A DNA stretch of 64,000 nt from Chitinophagales bacterium (GTDB lineage: Bacteria; Bacteroidota; Bacteroidia; Chitinophagales; CAIODY01): positions 22,555 through 86,554 of the forward strand of contig CANFST010000004.1 in the NCBI GenBank assembly GCA_947449695.1. The letters run 5' to 3'. Of this stretch, positions 37,294 through 47,161 are shown one piece after another (within the stretch, counting starts at the first letter, position 1; the number at the start of each line of letters is the position of its first letter). The notes beneath the pieces were generated by a model, which saw only the letters and a program-made list of their open reading frames with translations, searched no databases and had not been told where the DNA came from. Position numbers and translations under genes: made by a program.

Positions 37294-37370
37294 TGAAAAG
37301 ATTTATTGAAATAAAATGAAACGCAAAGTTGGTGAAATATTTGAGAAAGAAAATTTTTCTTCGTCATCAA

Positions 37371-38309
37371 TTACGCAGGCAATTTAATAGTGTAAGACTT
37401 GTGTTTTAAATTTTTTAAATAAGGCTTACGCAGCCATGGATTCAGCATTTTCAGCATTTTATAGTTAGTTCCATTGTCAATGGCAAATTGCGCCAAATCT
37501 TCAATAGTTGAATTTACCTCTACATTTTTAAAACTATAAGGTGGATAAAAATCCGATTCATTCAAATTAAATCCATAACGCGATGGATGCGTATAAATTT
37601 CTTTTATCGCCAAAATTCTAAAAACATAACGCATCGTTTCTTCAGGCAACAACAAGTCGTAGTAATTATTTTGATGTTGTTGCGCCATAAATCTTTGCGT
37701 CCCACCTTCACCGCAATTGTAAGCCGCAGCAGCCAATGTCCAGCTTCCGAGCATATTTTTTATTTTACTTAAATAAGCGCAAGCTGCCTCGGTTGATTTT
37801 TCTACATTATACCTTTCATCCACTTCGTCATTAATTTCTAACCCATATTTCCTTCCTGTTTCGTCCATGAATTGCCAAAAGCCAGCTGCGCCAACTCTTG
37901 ATGCAACGGGCTGCAAAGCACTTTCAGCCATACATAAGTATTTGAAATCATCGGGCAAACCATAAGAACTAAGTGTGTTTTCGATTTGCGGAAACCAACG
38001 AGTAGTTTGTTTTAAATTTAAAATTGCACTGGCTTGCAAGTAGGCATTAATAGTGAGTTCACGGTCGAATCGCTCACGAATATCTGGTTGATTTAATGGC
38101 ACTATTTCACCAGCAAATGATGCCGATTTCGGGAAAATTGGCGGATGAATATTGATGGCATACACCGAATCTTTAGGCTCGGAAGATGGCGCAAATGCCA
38201 CTTTTTTTTCGTTATTTAAAAATGCATTTACAGTTGAGACAATAAAAATTGAGACAACTGCTAAGCTGCCTAAAAATATTTTTTTTGAAATGACTAAATG
38301 GTTTTTCAT
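37371..38309 (-). CDS. lytic murein transglycosylase (SLT domain)
   Basis: Catalytic MAESALQP, then GAAGFWQFM and AAYNCGEG motifs. An N-terminal signal anchor is present. Confidence 0.8.
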   Translation of the reverse strand: MKNHLVISKKIFLGSLAVVSIFIVSTVNAFLNNEKKVAFAPSSEPKDSVYAINIHPPIFPKSASFAGEIVPLNQPDIRERFDRELTINAYLQASAILNLKQTTRWFPQIENTLSSYGLPDDFKYLCMAESALQPVASRVGAAGFWQFMDETGRKYGLEINDEVDERYNVEKSTEAACAYLSKIKNMLGSWTLAAAAYNCGEGGTQRFMAQQHQNNYYDLLLPEETMRYVFRILAIKEIYTHPSRYGFNLNESDFYPPYSFKNVEVNSTIEDLAQFAIDNGTNYKMLKMLNPWLRKPYLKNLKHKSYTIKLPA

Positions 38310-38348
38310 GTTATTCTTTTACGAGCTTAAAATTAAACTGTTTCAAAA

Positions 38349-39371
38349 TTATGCACCACTAAACTGCCTCAAAAATCTAACATCATTTTCGCTGAATAAT
38401 CTCAAATCGTTGATTTGATATTTCAACATCGTTAAGCGTTCGATGCCCATACCAAATGCAAAACCTGAATATTTTTCTGCATCAATTTTACAATTGGTCA
38501 AAACATTTGGATGCACCATTCCACAACCTAATATTTCAACCCAACCACTTTGCTTACAAACACTGCAACCGCTTCCACCACATATTTGACAGTCAATATC
38601 CATTTCAGCCGATGGCTCTGTAAAAGGAAAATAACTTGGACGAAAACGCACTTTCACATGGTCGCCAAAGAATCTTTTCACGAAATAATAAAGCGTTTGT
38701 TTCAAATCAACAAACGAAACTTTTTCAGCAATGTATAATCCTTCCACCTGATGAAAGTAGCAATGGGCACGGGCTGAAATGGTTTCATTTCTGTAAACCC
38801 TACCTGGCATGATGCTGCGAATTGGTGGTTGTGTATGCTCCATTAAGCGAACCTGTACGCTGCTCGTATGTGTACGCAACATCCAATCTGGATTTTGATT
38901 CACAAAAAAAGTATCCTGCATATCACGAGCAGGATGGTCGGCTGGTAAATTTAATGCGGAGAAATTATGCCAATCATCTTCAATTTCTTGTGCTTCGGAA
39001 ACATCAAAACCAATCTCTCCAAAAATATCGATGATTTTATTTTGAACGATTGAAATTGGATGCCGACTGCCTTCAAAATTTTCAATAGGCAAACTCAAAT
39101 CAGGTTTTATTTGCGCTGATGATTTTTCTTCTTTCAAAGTTTTGAATTCTTCAAACTTGGCTTCTGCTAATTGTTTCAGGTCGTTCATCAACACACCGAA
39201 ATCTTTTTTGTGTTCGTTCGGAATGTTTTTTATTTCGCCGTATAAATCTTTCAAAATGTTTTTTGCGCCGAGAAAGCGAATGCGAAATTTTTCCAACTCA
39301 TCTGATGAATTGGCTCTAAATTCGGATACTTCGCCTTTTAATTTTTCGATTAATTCTTTTTGTGATTGCAT
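38349..39371 (-). CDS. pheS: phenylalanine--tRNA ligase alpha subunit
   Basis: Class II motifs HPARDMQDTFF, RTHTSSVQ and FRPSYFPFTEPSAEMD, plus GFAFGMGIERL. I prefer the ATG at 39371 (MQSQKELIEKLK). Confidence 0.9.
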   Translation of the reverse strand: MQSQKELIEKLKGEVSEFRANSSDELEKFRIRFLGAKNILKDLYGEIKNIPNEHKKDFGVLMNDLKQLAEAKFEEFKTLKEEKSSAQIKPDLSLPIENFEGSRHPISIVQNKIIDIFGEIGFDVSEAQEIEDDWHNFSALNLPADHPARDMQDTFFVNQNPDWMLRTHTSSVQVRLMEHTQPPIRSIMPGRVYRNETISARAHCYFHQVEGLYIAEKVSFVDLKQTLYYFVKRFFGDHVKVRFRPSYFPFTEPSAEMDIDCQICGGSGCSVCKQSGWVEILGCGMVHPNVLTNCKIDAEKYSGFAFGMGIERLTMLKYQINDLRLFSENDVRFLRQFSGA

Positions 39372-39468
39372 TATTTTCAATAAAAAACAAAGATACGGAT
39401 TCAATTAGAAAAAATATTTTCATCTTGCTGTAACTTTTTGAATTAGTCAAACGACTTAATTAGCAACG

Positions 39469-39954
39469 ATGACGATAAACGATTACAATTTTTGTGTTAC
39501 CGCTTATGCCGACCATCTGTTTCGATTCATTTTTAAACATACCCAGCATGAAGAAAATGCAAGAGATGTGGTTCAAAATGCTTTTGAAATTTTATGGAAA
39601 AAACGTGATGAGATAGAAATGGAAAAAGCGAAATCGTTTTTGTTTAGTGTGGCTTATAAAAATAAAATTGACCAGTTTAGAAAGCAAAGCAAGGTGAATT
39701 TGGTAGATGAATTTTCGGCACAAACAAAAATTATCAACGAACACAAACCAGGATTGAAAGAAGTTTTGGAAAAGGCTTTGAACACTTTGCCTGAAATTCA
39801 AAAATCTTGTGTGTTGTTGAGAGATTATGAGGGATATGATTACAAAGAAATAGGTGAAATTTTGAATTTAAATGAATCGCAGGTGAAGGTGTATATTTTC
39901 AGAGCAAGGCAAAGTTTGAAAAATTATTTAGTGAGCATCGAAACAGTTTTATAA
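39469..39954 (+). CDS. ECF-type RNA polymerase sigma-70 factor
   Basis: Region 2 (ARDVVQNAFEILWKKRD) and a region 4 HTH (LRDYEGYDYKEIGEILNLNESQVKVYIFRARQSL). Confidence 0.85.
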   Translation: MTINDYNFCVTAYADHLFRFIFKHTQHEENARDVVQNAFEILWKKRDEIEMEKAKSFLFSVAYKNKIDQFRKQSKVNLVDEFSAQTKIINEHKPGLKEVLEKALNTLPEIQKSCVLLRDYEGYDYKEIGEILNLNESQVKVYIFRARQSLKNYLVSIETVL

Positions 39955-39955
39955 C

Positions 39956-40798
39956 ATGAACATCAACAGAAGCAATTACGAAGAATATGTTATCAGCTAC
40001 ATTGAAAATGTGTTGAGCGATGCTGAACGCCTTGCTGTAGAAAGTTTTGTAAACGAAAATATAGATTTGAAAAATGAATTAAGATTATTTCAGCAAACAA
40101 AATTAGTAGTCGATGAAAAAATAATTTTTGCTAATAAGGAAAGGTTGTTACATAAACATCCAACAAAAATTATTGCTGGGCAATGGAGTTTAAACACTTG
40201 GGCAGTTGCCGCCATGCTGCTTTTGGCAGTAGGTTTGGGTTGGTGGATGTTTAGTGGAAAGTTGAAAGTTGAAAGCGAAAAACTAGAAGCAAAAAAAGAG
40301 TCCCCAGTTGTCAGTCATCAGTTGTCAGTTCAAGAAAACAAAAATGATGGCTGTTTTCGAAAATCAGTTTCAGTGAAAAAAAATGTAGCGCAAAAAGTAT
40401 TCGCCTCCGTAAAAAAAGAAATGCCTAAAACTATTGACACTACTGATTTACCGAATTCACGGAGAAACAGAAAATTATGGAATGAAACACATGAAATAGC
40501 TGTTGTACAAGAAATTAAACCTGAAGAAATTGTTGTTCAATCACAAAAAAAAGCGGAGCAAATGGACACGATAAAATCAATTGTACAAAATTCAATTTCA
40601 ATTCATTCAACTAAAAAACAAGAGGAAAAAATAATCGTTCAAATTCCTTTTAAAACTAACAAAAATGAAAGACAGATTTTAAAAATGTTGGCTTGGGCAA
40701 GTGGTAAAGTTTTGGGCAAAAAAACCAACAATGGCAATTTTGATGTCAGCATTGGTTTTGCTGAAATTAGCCACAAACAAGCATTACAAGATAATTAA
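39956..40798 (+). CDS. putative single-pass anti-sigma factor
   Basis: It starts 2 nt after the sigma gene. It has an N-terminal anti-sigma-like helix region and one TM helix (WAVAAMLLLAVGLGWWMF). Confidence 0.5.
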   Translation: MNINRSNYEEYVISYIENVLSDAERLAVESFVNENIDLKNELRLFQQTKLVVDEKIIFANKERLLHKHPTKIIAGQWSLNTWAVAAMLLLAVGLGWWMFSGKLKVESEKLEAKKESPVVSHQLSVQENKNDGCFRKSVSVKKNVAQKVFASVKKEMPKTIDTTDLPNSRRNRKLWNETHEIAVVQEIKPEEIVVQSQKKAEQMDTIKSIVQNSISIHSTKKQEEKIIVQIPFKTNKNERQILKMLAWASGKVLGKKTNNGNFDVSIGFAEISHKQALQDN

Positions 40799-40834
40799 AG
40801 CATAAATTTTAACAATAATAAAAATCAAATCAAG

Positions 40835-41725
40835 ATGAAAAGTTACTTTTTTTTAGCTGCGTTGCTAATAATATCAATTGCTACACGAGCTCAAAACAAT
40901 TCAACAGTTATTGAAAACAACAACAAAATTTTAATTACTGGTAAACGTAATGGAGATAGTACTTATAAGCAAATGGATACTACTGTAATTAAAATTGGGA
41001 GAACAAAATTCAAAATCAATTCTAAAAATATTGTTTTGGAAAGGGATAGTTCAAAAGTTGAACGCAGAAAACATAAGAATATCGAAAACAATTGTTTGGG
41101 GCTTGATTTAGGATTTTGTAATTATAAAGTAATGAACAGTGCAATTAGTCCTTTTGATTTGCATCAATCAAAATCAATTAACGTAAAATTATACGTATTT
41201 CAACAACGAATTAACTTGATTCAACACCATCTGAATTTTCGTTGGGGTTTAGGCGTGACTTGGGATAATTATCGTTTTAATGGAAATAATAAAAATACAG
41301 ACTTGCTTAAAAATAAAACTGACGGAACACTTTATGCCATAGATGATCCAGTGAACTATACCAAAAATAAATTCGTTACAAAATATTTAACTGTGCCTAC
41401 TATGCTTGAATTTTCATTTGGTAAAAAAGATAGTTGGAAATCATTTCGATTGGGTGCTGGATTAGAATTCAATTTATTATTAGAAGGGTGGCAAAAACAA
41501 GTTAGTGCTGAAAGAGGCAAGGAACATAGGTTTTCGGGCGATTATAATTTATCGCAAATGCCTATTAATTATGTTGTGCGATTAGGAATTGGTAAATTGA
41601 ATTTTTATGGCACTTATGCTTTAACACCAATGTTTAATGCTTCTCAACAAACATCTTCAATCACTAATTACACAATGCCTAAAATGTATCCTTGGGCTGC
41701 AGGTATTCAGCTGAATGGTTTGTAA
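40835..41725 (+). CDS. outer-membrane beta-barrel protein (porin-like), third gene of the sigma/anti-sigma unit
   Basis: Signal peptide, alternating beta-strand pattern, and an aromatic C-terminus (AAGIQLNGL). Confidence 0.5.
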   Translation: MKSYFFLAALLIISIATRAQNNSTVIENNNKILITGKRNGDSTYKQMDTTVIKIGRTKFKINSKNIVLERDSSKVERRKHKNIENNCLGLDLGFCNYKVMNSAISPFDLHQSKSINVKLYVFQQRINLIQHHLNFRWGLGVTWDNYRFNGNNKNTDLLKNKTDGTLYAIDDPVNYTKNKFVTKYLTVPTMLEFSFGKKDSWKSFRLGAGLEFNLLLEGWQKQVSAERGKEHRFSGDYNLSQMPINYVVRLGIGKLNFYGTYALTPMFNASQQTSSITNYTMPKMYPWAAGIQLNGL

Positions 41726-41743
41726 AATAAATTAAGGCGAATT

Positions 41744-41790
41744 AAAAAAGGGCTGATTTCAAATCGATGAAATCAGCCCTTTCAATTATT
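41744..41790. terminator. bidirectional rho-independent terminator
   Basis: An 11-bp stem pairs GGGCTGATTTC (41750-41760) with GAAATCAGCCC (41769-41779). It is flanked by an A-run and a T-rich tail, between convergent genes. Confidence 0.7.
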
Positions 41791-41803
41791 TAAGTTTAAT
41801 GTA

Positions 41804-42529
41804 TTAACCAAACAATTCGTAGTGAACGCTTTCTTTGCCATAACCCATAGCAGCCAAACGGTCTTTAGCTTCGTTAATCATAGCTGTCCAGCCACATAAC
41901 ATAAATTTGGTTGGGCGTTTATCAGCAAAAATTCTTTCATAAACTGCATGAACATAACCCGTTTCGCCTTTCCAGTTTTCATCACCACGAGATAAAACAG
42001 GAATATAAGTAAAATTAGGCATTTCTTTGGACAACTGTTCTAATTCTTCTCGATACAAAATATCTGATTCAACACGGGTTCCAAAAATCATGTATAGATT
42101 TTTGTAGGGAATATTATTGCGTTTTATATGTTTTATCATACTGCGAAATGGCGCTATACCAGTTCCTGTGCAGATGAAGCATAAATCTTCAATAGTCTCT
42201 GGGATAGTGAATTTACCCAAAGGTCCTCTCATTGGCACCTCCATTCCTTCTTTTATTTCATTGAATAAATATGTTGTGCCAGCACCATTTACCGCTAAAA
42301 CTATTACTAATTCTAACTTATTAGTTCCATCAGGATTAGATGCTATAGAATAACTACGCCAGCGTAAATTTTTCTTTTCATGGATAGGCAAATCCATTGT
42401 TACAAACTGACCAGGTATAAAATCGAAGTTTTCAACTTCAGGAAATTCGATGTAAAACCTACGAGTGTTATGCGTTTCTTGTTCTATTTTATAAAAAACG
42501 CCTTTTTTCCAAGTTAAATCTACTGCCAT
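41804..42529 (-). CDS. ferredoxin--NADP(+) reductase-type FAD/NAD(P)-binding oxidoreductase
   Basis: The RSYSIAS motif (RxYS, FAD binding) and GTGIAPFRSM (NAD(P) binding). Confidence 0.75.
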   Translation of the reverse strand: MAVDLTWKKGVFYKIEQETHNTRRFYIEFPEVENFDFIPGQFVTMDLPIHEKKNLRWRSYSIASNPDGTNKLELVIVLAVNGAGTTYLFNEIKEGMEVPMRGPLGKFTIPETIEDLCFICTGTGIAPFRSMIKHIKRNNIPYKNLYMIFGTRVESDILYREELEQLSKEMPNFTYIPVLSRGDENWKGETGYVHAVYERIFADKRPTKFMLCGWTAMINEAKDRLAAMGYGKESVHYELFG

Positions 42530-42680
42530 TTTTTTTGATTAAAATTATTTTGTGAGTTTTAAAAAGTGCCCGAAAATAGTTAAAATTTTAAAGCCTCGAA
42601 AAAATAAATTGCCAAAATTTATTTCCTAAAAAAACAAAACGAACACTTATCTTTGGCACTCAAAAATTTTTTTTATCAAA

Positions 42681-43640
42681 ATGAAAAAGTTTATATCTGT
42701 ATTAGCAGCATCGTTTTTGTTTGCCTCAGCCATTGCTCAAACCAATAATCAAGATGGTGATGTATATCCACCAAATGCTGAACCAGGGAAGTGTTACGCC
42801 AAATGCTTAAAGCCTGATGTATTTGAAACAGTTACTGAAAAGGTAATGATTGAACCTGAAAAAAAAGCGTTTCGTGTTATTCCAACCACTTATAAAAATG
42901 TTACTGAACAATTAATGGTAAAATCTGAAACTAAACGTTTGGAAATTATTCCAGCAGTTTATGAAACTCAAACTGAGCAAGTGAAAGTGAAAGATGAAAC
43001 AAAAAGAATTATAAATATTTCGGCTACTTACAAAACAGTTACTGAGCAAGTCTTGGTAAAATCTGAAGGACAAAAATGGGTAAAGAAAAAACAAACAGGT
43101 TGCTTAAGCGACAACCCTGATGATTGCATTATTATGTGTTTAGAAAAAACACCTGCTGAATATAAAACTGTTACTAAACAAGTTTTAGAAAATCCTGCTA
43201 CAACGAAGGAAGAAGTGATTCCTGCTGAATATAAAACTGTTACTAAAACTGTGGTTAAAACACCTGCAAGCACTAAAGAAATTGTGATTCCTGCCGAATA
43301 CAAAACGGTTATAAAACAAGTGGTAGATGTTGCAGCTCATACACAAGAAGTGATTACACCAGCTGAATATCAAACTGTTTCTAAAAGAGTTTTAAAAACA
43401 AAAGGTGGCTATAGTGAATGGAAAGAAATCGTTTGTGATAACAAAGTAAATACAGACATTGTTAGTCAAATACAAGCTGCATTAAAAAAGAAAGGTTATG
43501 ATATTGGTCCAAAAGGAGTTGATGGTGTTTTGGGCACAGATACAAAAGCGGCTTTAGTTAAGTATCAAAAAGATAATAGTTTGCCAGTTGGTAATTTGAA
43601 CATTGAAACCATGAAATCTTTAGGTATCAAATTCGATTAA
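42681..43640 (+). CDS. secreted repeat protein with C-terminal peptidoglycan-binding domain
   Basis: Signal peptide, then about 9 tandem ~19-aa repeats (IPAEYKTVTKQV......TKE.V). The C-terminal PG_binding_1-like sequence is LKKKGYDIGPKGVDGVLGTDTKAALVKYQKDNSLPVG. Confidence 0.65.
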   Translation: MKKFISVLAASFLFASAIAQTNNQDGDVYPPNAEPGKCYAKCLKPDVFETVTEKVMIEPEKKAFRVIPTTYKNVTEQLMVKSETKRLEIIPAVYETQTEQVKVKDETKRIINISATYKTVTEQVLVKSEGQKWVKKKQTGCLSDNPDDCIIMCLEKTPAEYKTVTKQVLENPATTKEEVIPAEYKTVTKTVVKTPASTKEIVIPAEYKTVIKQVVDVAAHTQEVITPAEYQTVSKRVLKTKGGYSEWKEIVCDNKVNTDIVSQIQAALKKKGYDIGPKGVDGVLGTDTKAALVKYQKDNSLPVGNLNIETMKSLGIKFD

Positions 43641-43656
43641 TTTTTAAAAAAAACTT

Positions 43657-43691
43657 AAAAGGACTTCTACAAAAATAGAAGTCCTTTTTTT
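43657..43691. terminator. bidirectional rho-independent terminator
   Basis: A 9-bp stem pairs GGACTTCTA (43661-43669) with TAGAAGTCC (43676-43684). An A-run precedes it and T7 follows. Confidence 0.7.
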
Positions 43692-43695
43692 ATTC

Positions 43696-44406
43696 CTAAA
43701 TGTTTGAGATAAATTGAACCAAACTTCTTTTTGCAACTGGTAATAGGGTTTCACGATAAGGAATGTTTTCTTTGAATTCAACCACAAAAGTTGCAGGAGT
43801 AGGATTGTGCTTATCGGCTTTGATTAAATCGTATTTTATTTTTTCATAAGTATTGCTGATACTCAATTTATAAGATTTCACAAAATTTGTTTTTACCGCT
43901 CGATATTGGTGTAAAGCATTTGCAAATATGGTAAATTGATATCGATACAATAAGATATTACGTTTTATAAAATCGCTGATTAAAAAATAGCCTTCATCTT
44001 TATACATTGGTATTAGCCCAAGTGAAAATACATGTAATTTGTGTTCTACTTCTTCATAAATTTCTACTCCATGTTTAATTTTTGTTTCCATTTCAGGCAA
44101 TGCAAAATTGATAATGTTTTCAATTTCTTCCATTGTTTTATCTTCTTTCATTTTCTCATATAACAGTTGCATCTGTTTCAAATCAACTTCGGTTAATTCC
44201 TTTGGAAATTTCTCTTCCATCAACTTTAACTGATGGCGCAAATGCAACAAATTCCGATGATGCTGAATTAAATCAGAAAAAGGAGGGTATAATTTTTCAT
44301 CTTTAAAATACAAGTCAATATCTCGAAGATATGCCAGCAACAAATATTTTTTATATTCAAAATCAATTGTACCTTCTGTAATCCAATTATCTGAAAGATT
44401 ATACAT
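43696..44406 (-). CDS. hypothetical protein (236 aa, helical)
   Basis: Long ORF with good coding appearance. No family recognised. Confidence 0.5.
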   Translation of the reverse strand: MYNLSDNWITEGTIDFEYKKYLLLAYLRDIDLYFKDEKLYPPFSDLIQHHRNLLHLRHQLKLMEEKFPKELTEVDLKQMQLLYEKMKEDKTMEEIENIINFALPEMETKIKHGVEIYEEVEHKLHVFSLGLIPMYKDEGYFLISDFIKRNILLYRYQFTIFANALHQYRAVKTNFVKSYKLSISNTYEKIKYDLIKADKHNPTPATFVVEFKENIPYRETLLPVAKRSLVQFISNI

Positions 44407-44565
44407 AGTTAAATTTGTTTCATTGTTATACTTGTAATTTTACGAAAAAAAAATAAAAAAGTTTTAAGGTGAAATACCTACAACTTGTTTTTAACAAACA
44501 TTGAACAAGCAAGGATATTTATTTTGCGTTTATTGTTTAATTTCGCCATCTCAAAAAAAAAAATT

Positions 44566-45132
44566 ATGACTGCAGATGATGCTCAAATTTTTGTAGATGA
44601 TGCAAGTGAAACTATGCAAAAAGCATTGGAACATTTAGAAAGTGAATTATCAAAAATTCGTGCAGGAAAGGCTTCGCCAGCCATGTTGGAAGGAATAGTA
44701 GTAGATTATTATGGTGTGCCATCACCTATTAATCAGGTGAGCAACATAAACAATTCAGATGCTCGAACTTTAGTAATTCAGCCTTGGGAAAAAAACATGT
44801 TGGCTCCTATTGAACGAGCAATTTTGGGTGCAAACATTGGTGCAACGCCATTAAATGATGGAATTTTGTTGAGAATCATAATGCCACCATTAACCGAAGA
44901 ACGCAGAAAAGAATTAGTAAAAAACACTAAGGCTGTTGCCGAACATAGCAAAGTAGCTATTCGCAACATACGACGCGATGCCATTGAAGGTTTGAAAAAA
45001 TTACAAAAAGACGGATTATCGGAAGATATTGTAAAAGATGCCGAAGCTGACGTGCAAAATTTAACTGATAAGTACATCAGCTTGGCTGATAAACACATTG
45101 AACAAAAAGAAAAAGAAATTATGACTGTATAA
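44566..45132 (+). CDS. frr: ribosome recycling factor
   Basis: I prefer the ATG at 44566 (MTADDAQIFVDD...). MQKALEHLESELSKIRAGKASPAMLEGIVVDYYG and IRNIRRDA are typical of Frr. Confidence 0.9.
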   Translation: MTADDAQIFVDDASETMQKALEHLESELSKIRAGKASPAMLEGIVVDYYGVPSPINQVSNINNSDARTLVIQPWEKNMLAPIERAILGANIGATPLNDGILLRIIMPPLTEERRKELVKNTKAVAEHSKVAIRNIRRDAIEGLKKLQKDGLSEDIVKDAEADVQNLTDKYISLADKHIEQKEKEIMTV

Positions 45133-45154
45133 TTCAATTTAGAATATATACCAC

Positions 45155-45188
45155 AAAAAAAGGAGTGAAAATTTCACTCCTTTTTTTG
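45155..45188. terminator. bidirectional terminator between frr and ssrA
   Basis: AAAAAAAGGAGTGA-AAATT-TCACTCCTTTTTTT is a 7-bp stem flanked by A7 and T7. Confidence 0.65.
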
Positions 45189-45557
45189 TGGACTTGCCGG
45201 GAGTCGAACCCGGGTGCAGACAACGACACCATAAACTTTCTACATGTTTAGCTGACGCTTGATTTTCGATTATTGCAGGGTGCGTTAGCGAACCAACGCA
45301 ATAACTTAGCTGCTATAATTTTCGTTTGTTGCACACAGCGATGCAACAACTTATCTATTCATTGATAAAGTGCAGTCCAACCGCCGAAGAGCAGGCAATC
45401 AGAGGCACTATGGTGGTTAATCCTCTGGATTAAGCAGCCATTGCGAAAGAAGTTTCGCCATTTGAAAATTTGTGAAAGTTTAGTTTAACGGGCAATGCTT
45501 TCAACGCCCGACATGCTTATTTACAAAGAACATTGCTGTCAATTCCGGTACAAGCCC
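45189..45557 (-). ncRNA. ssrA: transfer-messenger RNA (tmRNA)
   Basis: The minus strand starts with 5' GGGCTTGTACCGGAATTGACAG and ends with GGTTCGACTCCCGGCAAGTCCA (T-arm plus acceptor). The acceptor pairing GGGCTTG/CAAGTCC includes a G3-U pair. The internal tag ORF GGC GAA ACT TCT TTC GCA ATG GCT GCT TAA encodes GETSFAMAA*. CCA is not encoded. Confidence 0.88.
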
Positions 45558-45692
45558 TTTATTTATCAGCGTTTGTAAAGGTAGTAAAATTATCATTGCC
45601 ATTTTTCATTCTCCGAAAAAATGTATTTTCAACAAATCTCATGGTTTAAGATTATTGCATAATGAGCTTTTCGTAGACAATTTTAAATAAAT

Positions 45693-47090
45693 TTGTTCAT
45701 CAAAATTTGTGTGTTGAGAAAATTAGTTGTCAAAATATCTTTATTAATTGTCGTTATTTTTTGCACCACAAAAAATATTTCTAAGGCTCAATCATTTACA
45801 TCGCCTAAGGAACTTACTCGGATTTTATTTTTGCTAGATGCATCCCAAAGCATGGGAAATAGCTGGGATAGAGGAAGCCGAATGGAAGAAGCAAAAAGAG
45901 TTCTAGCAACATTGGCTGATAGTTTAAGTAAACTAAATAATGTTGAAATTGGTTTAAGGGTTTATGGTCATCAATCAGACCAATCGATGAACAACTGCCA
46001 CGACACAAAGTTAGAAGTGGCTTTTGGAAAAAACAATTTCAGATTTATTCGCAAGAAATTGGAAAGCATTCATCCTCAAGGCATTACACCAATTGCATTA
46101 TCTCTTCAAAAATGTGCAGTTGATTTTCCGAAATCCACGGTTAGTAAAAACGTGGTGGTTATCATTACCGATGGTATTGAATCATGCGGTGGCGACCCAT
46201 GCGCTATTGCAAAAGATTTGCAAGCCAAAGGCATCATTTTAAAACCATTTATTATCGGATTGGGAATGGATGAAAAAATGGATAATAGTTTAGATTGCAT
46301 TGGCAAATACGACAATGTGCCCGATGGTAAAGCATTTGAAGCCGCTTTGCACAAAACGGTTTACACCATTCTTACAAGAACAACCGCCGAAATTGATTTG
46401 TTGGATGCCGACAAAAAGCCAGTTGAAACGGCTGTGAATATGACTTTTTATGATGCTCAAACAATGAATTTAAAATACGATTTGTATCATACTTTAAATG
46501 TGAGAGGCAACCCCGATACTTTGATTTTAGACCCGATTGTGAAATATAATTTAGATGTGCATACCATTCCGCCAATTGAGTTAAATAACTTGATTTTGAA
46601 AACCGATTCACACAATGTTTTTAAATTAGATTCGCCCCAAGGTTGGCTCAGGATAGGCTCTTCGAACAAAACCAATGTAAAATGTTTGATACGAAAAGCA
46701 GGCACACAAAACACATTGCACGTTCAAAATTTAAACACTATCGAAAAATATTTGTGTGGAAAATTCGATTTAGAAATTTTAACGTTGCCCCGAATAAAAA
46801 TGAATAATGTGGAAGTGTCGCAAACCAAAACTACCAACATTCAAATTGCGCCACCAGGTAATTTAAACTTAGATAAAAATGGTGAAATTTATGGCGGCAT
46901 TTTTTATTTAACCGAAAATAGCTGGGTAAAACTATACGAGTTAAAAACGAATCTTTACATAGAGAATTTAAAACTTCAACCTGGCAATTATCGCATCATT
47001 TATCGGAATAAAGCGAACAAGCGTATGAAGCAAACGGTTAATAAAGACATTGTAATCAAGAGCAACCAAACGTTGAATGTTACACTATAG
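45693..47090 (+). CDS. von Willebrand factor A domain-containing secreted protein
   Basis: MIDAS motif LLDASQSMG, followed by TDGIESCGGDP. The start codon is uncertain: TTG 45693, GTG 45711 or TTG 45714. Confidence 0.7.
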   Translation: MFIKICVLRKLVVKISLLIVVIFCTTKNISKAQSFTSPKELTRILFLLDASQSMGNSWDRGSRMEEAKRVLATLADSLSKLNNVEIGLRVYGHQSDQSMNNCHDTKLEVAFGKNNFRFIRKKLESIHPQGITPIALSLQKCAVDFPKSTVSKNVVVIITDGIESCGGDPCAIAKDLQAKGIILKPFIIGLGMDEKMDNSLDCIGKYDNVPDGKAFEAALHKTVYTILTRTTAEIDLLDADKKPVETAVNMTFYDAQTMNLKYDLYHTLNVRGNPDTLILDPIVKYNLDVHTIPPIELNNLILKTDSHNVFKLDSPQGWLRIGSSNKTNVKCLIRKAGTQNTLHVQNLNTIEKYLCGKFDLEILTLPRIKMNNVEVSQTKTTNIQIAPPGNLNLDKNGEIYGGIFYLTENSWVKLYELKTNLYIENLKLQPGNYRIIYRNKANKRMKQTVNKDIVIKSNQTLNVTL

Positions 47091-47161
47091 GTTACATTGA
47101 TTTTTATCATCTTTTTCCGCATTTCAAATCTTATCTTCGCCGTTCAATTTTTCACTACATC

